Assembly (NCBI RefSeq): GCF_041956535.1
Contig: NW_027192212.1
Coordinates: 29,206-93,205 of the forward strand
Direction of reading: 5' to 3'
DNA from: Calcarisporiella thermophila CBS 279.70
Lineage: Eukaryota > Fungi > Calcarisporiellomycota
DNA length: 64,000 bases
Shown: in pieces, positions 23,401 through 35,926 of the stretch
Layout: every line of letters begins with the position of its first letter
Position numbering within the stretch: the stretch's first letter is position 1
The notes under the pieces: generated by a model
What the model saw: only the letters and a program-made list of their open reading frames with translations
What the model was told of the DNA's origin: nothing
The model's database searches: none
Translations under genes and position numbers: made by a program

Positions 23401-24870
23401 TTATGAACAAGTTCTCATTCGCGATATAAGCTTGCCAAGTTCGCGATAGGCTTCGCCCTCCGGAGTCCATGCCATCTTCAGCTCTGCGCTAATATTTTTA
23501 GCCGCAATTGTATAAGGATTTTCATTATTCACGCTTACTGCATAGTATTTTTCCACTGTAGAGGTTATACGTTCAGCAGAAATTAAATCTGGATTTGAAG
23601 CATATTCATGGGATGTTTGAGCGGGGTTGAGGTCGAAAGCAATCCCTGTTCCAAGTCTAACCAACAAGTTTGATACGCCAGGTTGATCCCCAAAGACTGG
23701 CCAGTGGATAGTACCAACCCCACAAATCAGACTTTCAAGCGCAGAATTCCATCCGCAATGAGTCAGAAAGGCCGAGCAGCTTGGATGAGATAATACAGCC
23801 TTCTGGGGTGCCCACTCCACTACGGTAACGTTGTTGTATACAAGCACTCCATTCATTGGAGAGATCATTTCTGTGGTAGGCAATGCTTTTTGCTGAGTAT
23901 CACTCAGGCCCCAAAGTACATTCCTGCCTGTGGCATCGAGTCCCTTAAGAAGCTCAATAATTTGGATATCGCTATGACACACCACGGTTCCAAAGGAGAC
24001 ATAGAGCACTGATTGTTTGGGCTTCTCATCAAGATATCGCGCAACCCAGGATCCAAGATTTCTCTGCTGATTGTTTGAGCTTGCTTGGTCGAGCTTATGC
24101 TCCACTCGTCTTTCACTTTGATTATGACCCAGGCTTCCTTCATTTCCATCGTCTATATCAACAGAGTAGAGCGGTCCTATACAATATACTGGCGTGTTTG
24201 GAGTGGGGGGATTCAGATAATTGTTCTCTATGCAATTAGCAAAGTTCCATATCAGGCCATGAGATTTGGCTGCTCGCGAACACAGCCTTTTTTGTCCGTT
24301 CCTCAGTAATTCTCCGATCGAAGTTTCAATAGCACTGTTATCTGTCCTTCGTATTTTCGATTCCGTTGATGAGAAGGGGATATCAACTGGAGTGGTGCCG
24401 AAAAAGTAGTAGGGAGTAGAATCAAACGGAAATGGCTCAAACATCCCACTGAACATGTCAAGAATAATGCAGGATGGTGGAAAGGTGCTTTTTTTCGCCG
24501 ATTCTAAGTACTCTCCAATAGCTTTGATATGCTTCGGCAGAGTGCCGAAAAAATTTTTACTCTCCTGACTTGATGTCGAGTCAAGTGGATTCGCACCATC
24601 CTCAATAGGTTCAATGCGTACACTACCATAATGTCCTTGATAAATTTCAGAATGGTTCTCGTTAGTTGGAATGACCCTCCTCCACTTCAAACGCCGCACA
24701 AATGCTTTTGAGATAAGGAGGGTTACAAGTCTTTCAGATTCGTTCTTAGCATCTTTTATCTCCGGATAAGAAGGAGTGCTAACAATCCTCTTAGCAAGAG
24801 AGACAGCGGGAATGACATGCCCAAACGCCGGTGGTATAGAAATCAGGATATGTGCAACGGGTGAGACCAT
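23401..24870 (-). CDS. UDP-glycosyltransferase (GT1)
   Basis: Catalytic His motif GHVIP, DMF, LYVSFGT, full PSPG-type box WAPQKAVLSHPSCSAFLTHCGWNSALE...WPVFGDQ; intronless 489 aa. Confidence 0.95.
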   Translation of the reverse strand: MVSPVAHILISIPPAFGHVIPAVSLAKRIVSTPSYPEIKDAKNESERLVTLLISKAFVRRLKWRRVIPTNENHSEIYQGHYGSVRIEPIEDGANPLDSTSSQESKNFFGTLPKHIKAIGEYLESAKKSTFPPSCIILDMFSGMFEPFPFDSTPYYFFGTTPVDIPFSSTESKIRRTDNSAIETSIGELLRNGQKRLCSRAAKSHGLIWNFANCIENNYLNPPTPNTPVYCIGPLYSVDIDDGNEGSLGHNQSERRVEHKLDQASSNNQQRNLGSWVARYLDEKPKQSVLYVSFGTVVCHSDIQIIELLKGLDATGRNVLWGLSDTQQKALPTTEMISPMNGVLVYNNVTVVEWAPQKAVLSHPSCSAFLTHCGWNSALESLICGVGTIHWPVFGDQPGVSNLLVRLGTGIAFDLNPAQTSHEYASNPDLISAERITSTVEKYYAVSVNNENPYTIAAKNISAELKMAWTPEGEAYRELGKLISRMRTCS

Positions 24871-26356
24871 GTTCGTTCAGAATATACGAAATGATTAACA
24901 GTTGAAATACGAAAATATCCAGTTCAAAAATTGGAGCAAAGGAATTTTCAGACTCTATATATTTGATAGTTGGAATCATATTCAATACTGACTCAAGCTC
25001 TTCTATCGCAATTGAAAGCATAAACATGAGTTTACCCTCGGGAGAAAATATCCCTTGTTGCACTACAATATATGAAACAGGATAATTGAAATAATCTTGT
25101 CTTAATTTTCGCTAAATCTATCGATAAAATATGAAGAGTTGATTTGCATTTTGGCTTATGACAAGCACAGATAAAATTATTTTGTGTAAACACATAGCTT
25201 AAGATACAGGATTCTAACGTCTGGGTCGGAATTTCTAAAAACTGTCGCTCACCCTATTACTATTTGAGTTTCTAGTTTGAGTTCAAGACTCTTAGATTAC
25301 TTTTAGGATACTGACAACCGCTAATACAAATGGAGACGAAATTGACACCTATGTTTTATCAGCTCCATTTTAATTCTAATTAACTTACATGAGTTAATAA
25401 AAATAAATATAAATTCGTGGGGATCTATTACAATGTGGAGTGGTTCTATGCTTTATGCCAATTTGTCTGCTCTCTTGGCAACAAATGCTTGAAACAATAG
25501 GGGTTCTTAGACCTGAGTTCACAACCTATTGGGAAAGCGTATTAAACCTTAAGCCGATTTCTGAGACTTATGTCTCAATCAAATTATTCTGACGTGCTTG
25601 TCAAGTATACTATTTTGGTATGTTTCACATTTTTCATGAGTTAGGCGTACCAGGAAACGGTAGATACAAATGCAATATCTTTGATATAATAATCCTTAAC
25701 ATTAAAAAAAAACATTATCCCAGCAATATAGACGAGAATTAGAACATGTCAATTCTGTAGTTCTTTTTCACTATATATACTCTTTGATCCTATCAAAAAT
25801 CGCGGAAAAACACTATCAACATTGACTGGCGTTAAATGTAGTCTCATATTAAACGTATTGACAACACTCTCTAGAGGCAATAGCGTAGTACCGTGCGCTG
25901 AATTTATATAAGCCGAAATCAAGCTTAGACATTAATTCTTGAAACCGGCTTTTGCATGCCTTGTTTAACATTTTCTATCCAAATTTTTATAGAAAGGGTT
26001 TGATTTCTAATTGTAGTTCAAAATTCAATTTTCTTGGCCAACAGAATCCTCTGGAAAAGGCTTATAGCTGTCGAATCCTGTGATAAGATCCATGGAGTGA
26101 CTTGACTACTTAATTTTCATTAGGTGACCAATAGCCGTAACTGTGTAAATTAGAAATTATTATTTTCTACCAAAGAAACAAGGAATATCCGATGAAAGTT
26201 ATATATTCTTTCATAGCGAAGCGGCCCATTCTACCAAAACCAATCGAAATGATCGAACCCGATATTTGATCGTATATTGTTGCCTTAATAATCGCATTTA
26301 ATGCCTATGCCTCTGCATATCCTCACTTATTCTGCTTCATTTGGCTTTACTTAAGG

Positions 26357-26392
26357 TAAACTAATATAAATTGCTATATTTATATTAGTTTA
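26357..26392. repeat. Hairpin (15-bp perfect arms, 6-nt loop)
   Basis: taaactaatataaat-tgctat-atttatattagttta. Confidence 0.7.
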
Positions 26393-27538
26393 TCTGATGT
26401 AAAAGGGTTCAAGTACTGTGGGTTATCCAGCTCCATTGCTAGGGACGAAATATTTCAACCAATTATCTTTGGCCAAGGCTCCACAGTTGCAGACTTTGGG
26501 GTCATTGGAATTGTGCATGCACTAAATTTCATCCAGATGATCAGTGTGAATTTTTGCTATCCGTTATGTCCAAAATTGCATATCTTGAACTTAACCCTTG
26601 ATGCTTATCCAAAGTCCACTGTCCTACCTGTGGGTACTTTTGAGAGCAGAAAGTCATCAATGATCACCTTGTTCAAATAATCCTACAATCTAATCTCGGC
26701 GAGAATGATGCGGTGTATGATTGATGCGAACAATTACATCAAATACCTCTGACAACGGAAGTATTTTGACCGACAAGAGCAGAGGTTATTCAATACGACA
26801 TCCCACAGAACGCTTCCTACTATCTTATTAATACGGAATGAAAACATATTTCAATTAAGGAGCAGTAAGAGAGAATCGGAGAAGCAATGCAACGTGTCTA
26901 CTGTTCATAACTTCATAAAACTGCCTCTCAAGTATAAATGTAAATGAGCGGGACCAGCTTTGCATTTCCCAGGGATCACAAACAACGAGCTATTTTTTGC
27001 TCGAATCATCCTTCTCTGTTCCAAGATTCTCCAGATTGAAAAAGAAATATCAGGTTTAGACATCACAGGCGATGGAATTGCGCAACAAAGGTCGGATCGC
27101 ACAATTCTAGGCTGCATCAAAATTGCAATTGTGCATCATTTAAGCACCATTCGCCGGTAAAATCGTAATGATAGTAACTTATTATGACAAGCATATTATT
27201 GGGGTTGATAAATAAACTAGGGGGAGGGGGTATACGCGGCAGTGATTCAGGCACATATGCCCAAAAGTAGTGTTAGAAAAGGATGAGCATTGAAACTTAG
27301 ACTGGCTGCGCCTCTTTATGACGTCATCAAATCGATTCGATTATTAAGACAATTTAAATGAAAGAAGCCAAAATGTGAGATAATAAGGGAGACGGTTGAA
27401 AATTGAAAAAAATAGGTAGATGAGAATCCATCGACTCGTTTGACAATTGGACTCACCATGCCTGGTCCGAATGAACTGAAGAAATGAGAAATAAGAAATT
27501 AACTGTCTTACAGATTTTTGCAAACCGCTGGGAGCTGA

Positions 27539-28057
27539 ACCGGAAAGGTAGTTAAAATATTACCAAATTTATATTTACAACAATCCACCTCCTTTGCCAT
27601 CAAAAAAAGAGCCAAATGTCGTGCTCATACCATTTCTGTACCCGTCAGCAATCTAGAACTATGCTATCCAGAGCTACCACCAATACATACTATATCACAT
27701 CTTCCATCAAGTATTTTTGTTCCAACGTCATCTCCTCCTGATAAAAATGATATATCTACAGTATCTTCGACCTCTGATGCTTCAGAAGAGAACAAGTTGC
27801 AGCAAAACGCTAGAGCCATTGAAGAAATGCGATCTTTCATCTGTCCTTTTCCCCATTGTCAACGCTTGTTCAAGCGCGTGCAGCACTTAAACCGTCATGT
27901 ACGAAGCTCGCACACCAATACCTGCCCTTTTAAATGCACTCATTGTGAAAAACCATTTTCGAAAACTGGTAGTCTACAAGTACATATGCGCATGCATGAA
28001 CGACAAGTGAGGGTCAGAAACGGCAACTTCAGCTACTACATCTGTGTCAACAGATAG
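27539..28057 (+). CDS. C2H2 zinc-finger transcription factor (two fingers); start not resolved
   Basis: CPFPHCQRLFKRVQHLNRHVRSSH-TNTCPFKCTHCEKPFSKTGSLQVHMRMH; frame open from 27539 with an S/P-rich segment but no early ATG, so an upstream exon or pseudogenisation is implied. Confidence 0.75.
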   Translation, partial: TGKVVKILPNLYLQQSTSFAIKKRAKCRAHTISVPVSNLELCYPELPPIHTISHLPSSIFVPTSSPPDKNDISTVSSTSDASEENKLQQNARAIEEMRSFICPFPHCQRLFKRVQHLNRHVRSSHTNTCPFKCTHCEKPFSKTGSLQVHMRMHERQVRVRNGNFSYYICVNR

Positions 28058-28626
28058 AAGAAACTTCCCTTAAAAAACGTTGATTGTTACATGGGCCATC
28101 TATGATTAAAGAAAAATTCAAATCGATTAGCAATGGACCGTCTTTGATGCATTTTCAGCGAATATAAGACGTATTTTTAGCCGCTAATCATAATTGCTGG
28201 CACATTAGTGGGCCAACAGTTTGCGTGTTTAGTATTGAATATTATAAGACTCAAAACAGAAAAAATTTGTTTGATTACTTTCAGCTCAACTGCATGAGAG
28301 TTATGCTCTAAGTAAATCATTTTCTATATTTCAGCCAAAATGACAACCACTATGATCGAGAAGAAAGAATAAAATAAAGAAAACAAATTTGACGATAACA
28401 ATATTCATTTTCTTAGGTATTTTGAAAATTTTCAATATTACAAAATAATACAGTATAAAACATCCGTGTTCAAAAAAATGATCATAGCGCTACCTTACCT
28501 CGACGCCTCACTTGAACTTATTTATTGCATCAAGGATAGAGGATGGAAATGTAAACCGCTAATTTTGCAACGCTACTTTCGCTAAAGCTGAATCGCACGT
28601 TAGACCTAGGCAAGAGTAAGCACAGT

Positions 28627-29910
28627 CTAAACGCTATCCATCGTTTTACGGCGAATTTCTCCTCCCCGTATCTTGACAAATAATACAAGCCCAATACCAA
28701 CATAGTTTAACAGGCAAAGTATTAGTGTAAAATATCCTGCGTTGATACTGCTCACTAATGGATCGCTTATGACCGATAAGATGGCAGCCAGAACCATTCG
28801 CAAAAGGTTGCATGCTGATGTGACACTACTGCCTTTTCCTTTAGCGATGTCAACCAGATAGGTAGAGCCAGTGGAGAAGACCTGAGCAAGGCCGAAGTTA
28901 GCCAAAGTAAATGCAACCACGGGGACGGCCAAGTGTAGCTGAGCGTAGATACTCCAACCAAACAAAAGAGTAAAGAGGGGGGCAATGAGGGCGCCCCCGA
29001 TCCAAGTATGCCACCAGATTCGATCCTCCGGCTGTGGCTTAGCAGATAACCGATGAGCAACATCCGCCAACCTCCCGCTGACGGTCGACCCCAACGAACT
29101 ACCCAGTCCTGCGCCAATATAGCAGAGGCCGGTCTGCAGCGAGTTAAGGTGGTACGTTCTCTCGAAGAGAGCCGGCAGGATAGTCTCCATGGCAAAAAGT
29201 GTTCCAAAAGTAATACCGACTTCCAGGGACATGGCTGTTACAATCGAGTACTTGAGGGAGGAGAGAGCAGCAAAAGGATTGAATCGGCCACTCTCTTTTG
29301 TCCGAGATGTATCCCACGGCAGCACCAGCAAAACTCCAAGGAAGCAGACCCCACCCATCGCAGCAGAGAAATAGAATGTCGACCTCCACCCAAATGCCTG
29401 GGTGAGGACTCCCCCTACAATTGGTCCGAACACGGGGCCAAGGAAGGAGCCGAGAAAGAAAATCCCAAGTGCGGTGCCGCGCTCATGTGGTTCCCACAAT
29501 TCCTCAATGATGCCCGCTCCCACTGTCGAGGGCGCGCTAGCACCAACTGATTGTAAGCATCGCAGCACAATTAGAGGGGCAATGTGGTAAACCAAGCCTG
29601 CACCTATCGAGGCAGCAATGAAGATGGCAATTGCGATGAGAAGTAATATTTTTCGGATCCGAAAGTGATCTGAGGCACTGGACCAACATATGGGTGCGAT
29701 GCCCATGAACAGGATGAACAATGACACCGAGGTATTGGTGAGGGCATCGGATATATGCAGCTCTTCGGAAATAGTTGGGAGGGCGGGAAAGTACACAGTG
29801 GAGGCGAGGCCTGGCAGAATACTTGCTAAGGAAATGATGAAAAGAATGCAATAGCGACGAAAATTGCTCATGCGTGGTGGCATGGCTTTGGTTTCAAGAG
29901 CCTCATCCAT
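28627..29910 (-). CDS. MFS transporter, DHA1 drug:H+ antiporter family
   Basis: About 12 hydrophobic segments, YFPALP, SDHFRIRK motif A variant, PHERG, GPVFGPIVGG antiporter motif C, PEDR. Confidence 0.93.
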   Translation of the reverse strand: MDEALETKAMPPRMSNFRRYCILFIISLASILPGLASTVYFPALPTISEELHISDALTNTSVSLFILFMGIAPICWSSASDHFRIRKILLLIAIAIFIAASIGAGLVYHIAPLIVLRCLQSVGASAPSTVGAGIIEELWEPHERGTALGIFFLGSFLGPVFGPIVGGVLTQAFGWRSTFYFSAAMGGVCFLGVLLVLPWDTSRTKESGRFNPFAALSSLKYSIVTAMSLEVGITFGTLFAMETILPALFERTYHLNSLQTGLCYIGAGLGSSLGSTVSGRLADVAHRLSAKPQPEDRIWWHTWIGGALIAPLFTLLFGWSIYAQLHLAVPVVAFTLANFGLAQVFSTGSTYLVDIAKGKGSSVTSACNLLRMVLAAILSVISDPLVSSINAGYFTLILCLLNYVGIGLVLFVKIRGGEIRRKTMDSV

Positions 29911-31546
29911 GGAGAGCTTTGGTGCGACAATTCAGATTATACGGGTATTAATAAATATAGCAGATGGAAGAAGGACAACAAATCAAAACAAAAGACTTAT
30001 ATAAATAAATTAAAATGATCGGAGTCAATAAGAAGAAATCTGATAAACAACGGGTAGTGGCATGATGCCGAATTGTGAATTTTCAATATGCTTGGAATTT
30101 ATTAGTAACCTCTATCTTACTAATTGTAAGCAGCAATCGTAAAGAAACTCCGTCAAAAAATTAAACATGGCAAATTTTACGGGAAATATATTGGTTCATT
30201 TTGAAGCTTAGCTTGCCATATATGGAAATAATGTAAAGAAACCGGTGTAACTTAGTATCCTCTGGCCTAAGGAACAAATTTTTGCCGTATCAAATTTTAA
30301 GGTAAAAAATCTATTGTAGGGGTACGTCCTGAGAAAATGTTTCCAAAAGAAATATACCGTTGAATATCCTAATAAATTAATGCTAGTATTGTTAATTCAA
30401 AACAGGGTAAATGAAGTATCAAGGCAAGAGTCATTATAATTGAGAGGATTCCCAAGTCAAGTCATAGTAGTTAGTTCAATTCATCCTATTATGCCATATT
30501 TTCCTTACTTTTACATTAAGTTTCAACATCCAGATTGTGTAAAATTTCTCCCTATCTGCGACTTGGAACACTCTTCCTCTCTGAATCCAGCCTAAGCATT
30601 TAGTTAGGGTTGTCACGTCAAAATAACCTTTCGGGCTTCTGTGTGGTATAAAAAACACCTTAAAACAAATGCATCCTCATAATAAGTCTCTACCCCACTA
30701 TATGAAAGTAAACCATACTCTTCTCCCCGATAGATTCTGTAGCAAGCTTAAGACCATCCTATAGAGACATGGTGAGTCATACAAGTGTTTATCGACGAAA
30801 GGGTAATGGCTTGGCAATGATCTCTCTTTTCAGGGCTCAGGGTTCTGTGTGCCCTTAGGTTAAGTTAAGTATATATTATGGCAAGAGAAAAAGTTAAAAA
30901 TAAAATGGAATTCAAGTTTCTGAGTGCTAAACTTTTTTTTTGGATATACCAGCATGTCACAGATGCAGAACCGAAAAGAGGGAGATGTTATTATTACCAA
31001 AAACTATGAAATTACAAATTACAGCCAAGCATATCAAAATGGAAGACAATATCCCAGATAGGAATGCTTGCCTCAATCTCCATATTCTATTTCGGCGTAA
31101 TATTGGGGTTTGTTTCGTGTAATATCTCGCTATATGATCATCCTACTCATGTAAAATCATCCCACGTTAATATATATGGACTCTAACTGTTAAGAAATAT
31201 ACATTCACTATTCTAGGACGAATGGCACCGCGAAAATATTACGCGAGTGATCCATAGACTCACACATTAGCATCATGTGCCTGTATCGTGACGACATTCA
31301 TTATATCATATTGAAATCGCCTCCTTGAAACGTTCTATTAATATAATGATAGTTATATATACTAAGATATTTTGTGTTGTAGTTTCCCTGTGAGTAGATG
31401 GTATAAATACAGGTAATAAATAAGAAATAATTAACAACAAGATGAGTTGATGGCTCCCACATATTATGCATACATTCAAAACATTTCGACGACGGCTGAA
31501 TTTTATCGTTGCCGTTTGCCTCAATCCAATTCGGGCCTCTGTAGAT

Positions 31547-33875
31547 TCAATATCGTTCAGTGGGTTTAATGGCAAGACACCTTAATTTAGATTTGTTCAT
31601 CATCTCCAATTCCTCTTTTGCATAAACTCGTGGCTTCATCTCCTCCAACGCCTCTATAATCCGCTGCGCAAGCCACCGTTCCAGTATTCCCCCCTTCTTA
31701 AGCGAGAGCAGCGAATCGAGCGCTCTAGCTAGCTCACGAAATACTTTACGACGCGAAGTGACATTTGGGTGCGTGTGAGATATAAACTTACAATTCTCAC
31801 AAACCACGTGAGCACATATAAATGGGAAGTCTTTGCACCAGATTTGGGCCATAACAGCACGCTGCAGTGCCGTAATACAATAAGATAGTCCCTGTTAAAA
31901 GAGAATGAGAGTCCAGCGGCGATTAGGCGTGATTGGAAGCAGACACAGCACTTTATATTCTTTTTTTTTTTTACCTTGATAAACTCATCAAACGCCTTGG
32001 CTCGCAGCTGCTGCATCAAGTCCGTTTCCAGCCTGCCGGGGGGCGCATCAGACTGAATAAAGCGCCGCCAGAGTATGCACCAGCAGCTCCAAAACCCAAA
32101 ATCGGCGTTGAAAAAATTATTCCGCTGCGTGATGTGCGCAATATACCGCTTCAGCTCATTTTGATTTCTCTGTAATGACGAGGTGATATGGACGAGCTGA
32201 TGTGTAATGGCCAAGTCAGAGAGAGACCAGTTAAAATCTTTGATCTCTAATATTTTAGTGGTAGATTCTATTTGCATATTTGTAAGAGACTAGAGTAACT
32301 GATTAGGGGAATAAATCTGAATTCATCAAGCATCCATTATTACGATTGTTACCAGCGTTAGCTTGCATTGCTCGCTATCGTTTAAATTAACAGTGGGCTT
32401 AGGGGAATTCTTCATCGTCTCGGCGCTGATCAGTTCTGGTTTGCCAAATTCGACCCTATAGATAAGCTCACGCTTACAAATGTGCGCCCTTTGAGTTGAA
32501 AGAAAAAACACCCACAGTTAAATCTAATCATTATGCCTCATAAGTTAAAGAGTACATGATTTTAGCCCCACTCACCAGATTCTTTTTTGAAATTCAATTT
32601 GTTCCAGATCTTCAGAGTCTGGACTCCCCTTATCCATTTGAAGCGCCAGAGCCATGATGACCGCTTGAGAGTAGAATTTGTGCGCATCGTCGAAGCGAGC
32701 AAGCCAAACCATACAGCTCTCCATATTGAGGAAGGCGAGCACAGACTGTGGAGAAGGGAAATCAAAGATATCTTCTAAGGATCGTCTTGCTTGTTCCAGC
32801 ATTTCTCTTACAGAGAAGTGAAGCTTTTTTATTAGAGGTGACTGCGGATGTGCAATTATAATGTGGAGCGCGGAGTAAGCAACTGCAGTGAGGATCAATG
32901 CTGGTTCAAGTTCGTCATGATAGAAACTTTGGAGAAAAGATGCTTGATTCGGGTGTATTGAGAAATAGCTGCAGTCACCCAAGTAGAAGTTAAAGAGATG
33001 ATCTACAAGCTTACGCTTAATCGCGGTGGTTTTTGCGGGCCATTGGAGATCTTTCTCTTTGATTGGAATTGGAAACGAGTAATACACGAAGATCGGGGAA
33101 GCTCGAGAAGAATTAACGTCGCCAAGATCAGGCAGATCGATCTGAAATTGATTATTGGAGAGAGAATCAGCATCAATAAGTAATTGCGCGCTCAGAAGGC
33201 GATGCAAATCGCTGATAGAATTCAATCTAAGCTGAATGCATAAAGCATCTACAGACGAGAGGAATACCCAAGGGCTAGCAGCTTCTCGAGAATGATTCCC
33301 ATTTAACCTGGTGTTGTTTGACAAGCCCGAGGATGAATCGCTAGTTTGCTCGTCCTGATGTTGGGATAGCGTGTAATGTGTGGTGGTATTTCCCAATTGT
33401 ATGGTTGCCAGGGTGCGCATAGTAGCTGGGAGAAGGGAGGCAAAAGCTTGACTAATATTGATATTATCGGACTTTAAATTGTCCGGGTTCTGCGTTCAAA
33501 TACGATCAAGTCGCTGACTACGACCTTCAGCAAGAGCGGATGCAGCAGAGTGCCCGCGCATTTTTCCAAGGTCGGATCTCAAGCTTGCCTGTAGTCGACA
33601 CTGGCCCACGTGAACTATTGCTGGGAAAACAAAACATCGTGCTGAGTGGGCTTACGTTTGTGTTCGTTTATTTGCCGACGCAAGTTGCATGCCTTTGGTA
33701 CTTTGGGTTCATTTAAATTCGACAAATGGGCGCGCTTTCGGCCTAAGCGTCTAGATGGGATATTGCTGTCGGAAGGGCGTTCGTTCGAAGAGGAGCATTT
33801 CTCAGAGAGGTTGAATCGCTTTGCGTCGAAGGGGTTTGTGACTAAGAGTAACTGGACTCTTGGTTATTGTTACAT
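31547..33875 (-). pseudogene. Zn2Cys6 (GAL4-type) transcription factor with fungal MHR domain; DNA-binding exon decayed
   Basis: MHR-like exons (HLFNFY..YFSIHP, YSQAVIMALALQMDK..EFQKRIW). Upstream frame ATG(33875)-TAA-CAA-TAA...RRLGRKR...KVPKACNLRRQ, with GQCRL after an intron, reads as a degenerate Zn cluster. Confidence 0.7.
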
Positions 33876-34045
33876 AAGCCACGTTGTCCGAGCGCGGGAA
33901 AATGCGACTGGGTGTAGATTCGACGAAAATATCAAAACACGAAGCCTTCGCGTTAGATTGTCTCGATCAAATTAGGGCGACGCCACAGCGAAATCCTGCA
34001 GATAGCCACTGATTGTTTGTCACGCAGGTTGCATAGCTTGAGGGA

Positions 34046-35926
34046 ATGGCGCCCATATCAGAACAGAGCGGGCTCAATGTCCACTCGTGGCTAGCATTGA
34101 ATACGTTTCTCGTAGTCATTTTCCTCGTCATCGTGCCTGTCAGGATCCCAATACGCTGGCGCAAACAATTACTTGGTCATGTCGTTCTCGATCTTGCTAC
34201 AGCGCCCGCGCTTGGTGTTCTCTTCCTGCTTGCAACTGGCTCCATGCATATCGAGCAAGTACGAGATGGTTTTCTTGGAACTGCCGGAATTCAACCCTAC
34301 TCTGTTATGATTCTTTTCTATGCCCTGGTAATTATCTTTAGCTTGCTTCTTAAATCCATGGTAAATGATCTTGCCAAATCGCCATTGCTAATGTTGAGCA
34401 TCTCTGCCCATCTGATTTTGGCACTGCATGATCAACAATAGGCCTATTTATGCATTTCGCTCGACATGACAGGCATCTTGCAATACTTTGCTTTTCGTCT
34501 CTCTAAACGCGGCGGTTCCAACGGTCGTCGCCTGTTCACATACTTCTTTCTGCTGACAACCATCTTTTCGACTATTGGAAATGATGTGGTCATTCTTACT
34601 GCAACTACTTTCCTCATCTACTTCACCCGCGTAGGCGAAGTGTCACCGCCTACGGCCTTTTTTATGGCAGAATTTATTTCGGCGAATATTGGGTCAATGG
34701 TGCTGTACATTGGGAACCCGACAAACGTGGTCGTTGCCGAGGCCTTTGGAGTCTCGTTTCTTTCATTCAGTGCTTGGATGCTGCTACCCACCCTTGCAGC
34801 TATCTCTCTATCCTATACCATCCTACGGATTTATGCGGATCGCTCTGGCTCTCTTCCGCACTTTGTTCACGCACCTGAAAATCTCGATCCTCGTGTCGCC
34901 CTTACTGATTCCAAAGGCGCCTTGTTTGGAGCTGCCGTGCTGTTGGCCTCCCTCAGTGCTCTGATCGGGACATCCTATTTTGCTGTGCCAGTTTGGATGG
35001 TCACATTACCATTTGCTTTGATTATGTTGATCCGCGATGGGTGGTACGACTGCACCCGCCGCAATGCTTATCGGTTTAGTCGGCACGGCAGTTATGTCGG
35101 CGCTGTGGAACACCAGATCAGACACATCGACCGCCAGGACTCTATGCCACCTCCAATCAACCTGGGTGATCCTATCGTATCGCATGATCCGGTCAACACG
35201 GACTGTTCCGAAAGTATGTGCATGAAAGAATCACCATCTAAATCAACAACAAACGAGAGAGATCCATCGCCCAGCCTTGATCTTGTGTCTGATTCCAACG
35301 ATGCTCCTGCAGGTGATTCCATGACTGCGACCACTATACCTGTACCAGGAACTCCGTCGGTCAAACAGAGAATGGGTTTAATTACTGGGGTTGGCCACCT
35401 AAAGAGGCAATGGCGATTACTCTTTCCTACAGTTTACACAGTCATGGAGCGTATGCCCTTTAAAATACTGCCTTTTGCTTTGGGTATGTTCATGCTGGTG
35501 GAAGAACTTTCTGCAGTGGACTTCATCTCCATCTTCGCGCGGGGTATTTCGAGTATTGCCACCACGCCCGCCGCCGCTGCCTTTTTCATAGGTTGGCTCG
35601 CACTACTTCTCTGCTCGCTTCTGAACAACCTTCCCATGACAATCCTCATGACGCGTATCCTGCAACATCCCAATTTTTATGAGAAGGCAACACCAGCCAC
35701 TCGGAGTGCCGCCCTCTTTGCCCTTGTGATAGCAAGTAATCTCGGAGCTATTCTCACCCCCGTGGCTTCGCTCGCCGGAATCATGTTCCAACACATACTC
35801 CGCTCTAGAGGTGCACCTCTTGCTTATAGCCAATTCGTCGGCTGGTGCATCCTCGTTACACCTATCGTTGCTACGTCAGTTTTTGGGGTGTTACTGCTTG
35901 AAGTTTGGTTCGTGTATGAACGATAA
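34046..35926 (+). CDS. ArsB/NhaD-family (IT superfamily) anion permease
   Basis: Two exons (intron 34328-34441); GNDVVILT, IGNPTNVVVA, NNLPMT, ASNLGA...ASLAG motifs. Confidence 0.9.

Noticed and set aside
26400-27160. Possible gene relic on the minus strand
   Set aside because: Multiple stops in the frames examined and no assignable domain
28767-29851. Overlapping and antisense ORFs within the MFS gene (similar ones occur in ArsB, UGT and CRN)
   Set aside because: Shadow ORFs of GC-richer coding sequence with no independent motifs
3500-33875. Alternative genetic code (TAA/TAG read as sense), suggested by in-frame TAR codons in Tc1, the CRN-like gene and the Zn2Cys6 gene
   Set aside because: Intact genes end at TAA/TAG at natural C-termini (GH18, UGT, MFS), and the in-frame stops co-occur with frameshifts and TGA stops in decayed sequences
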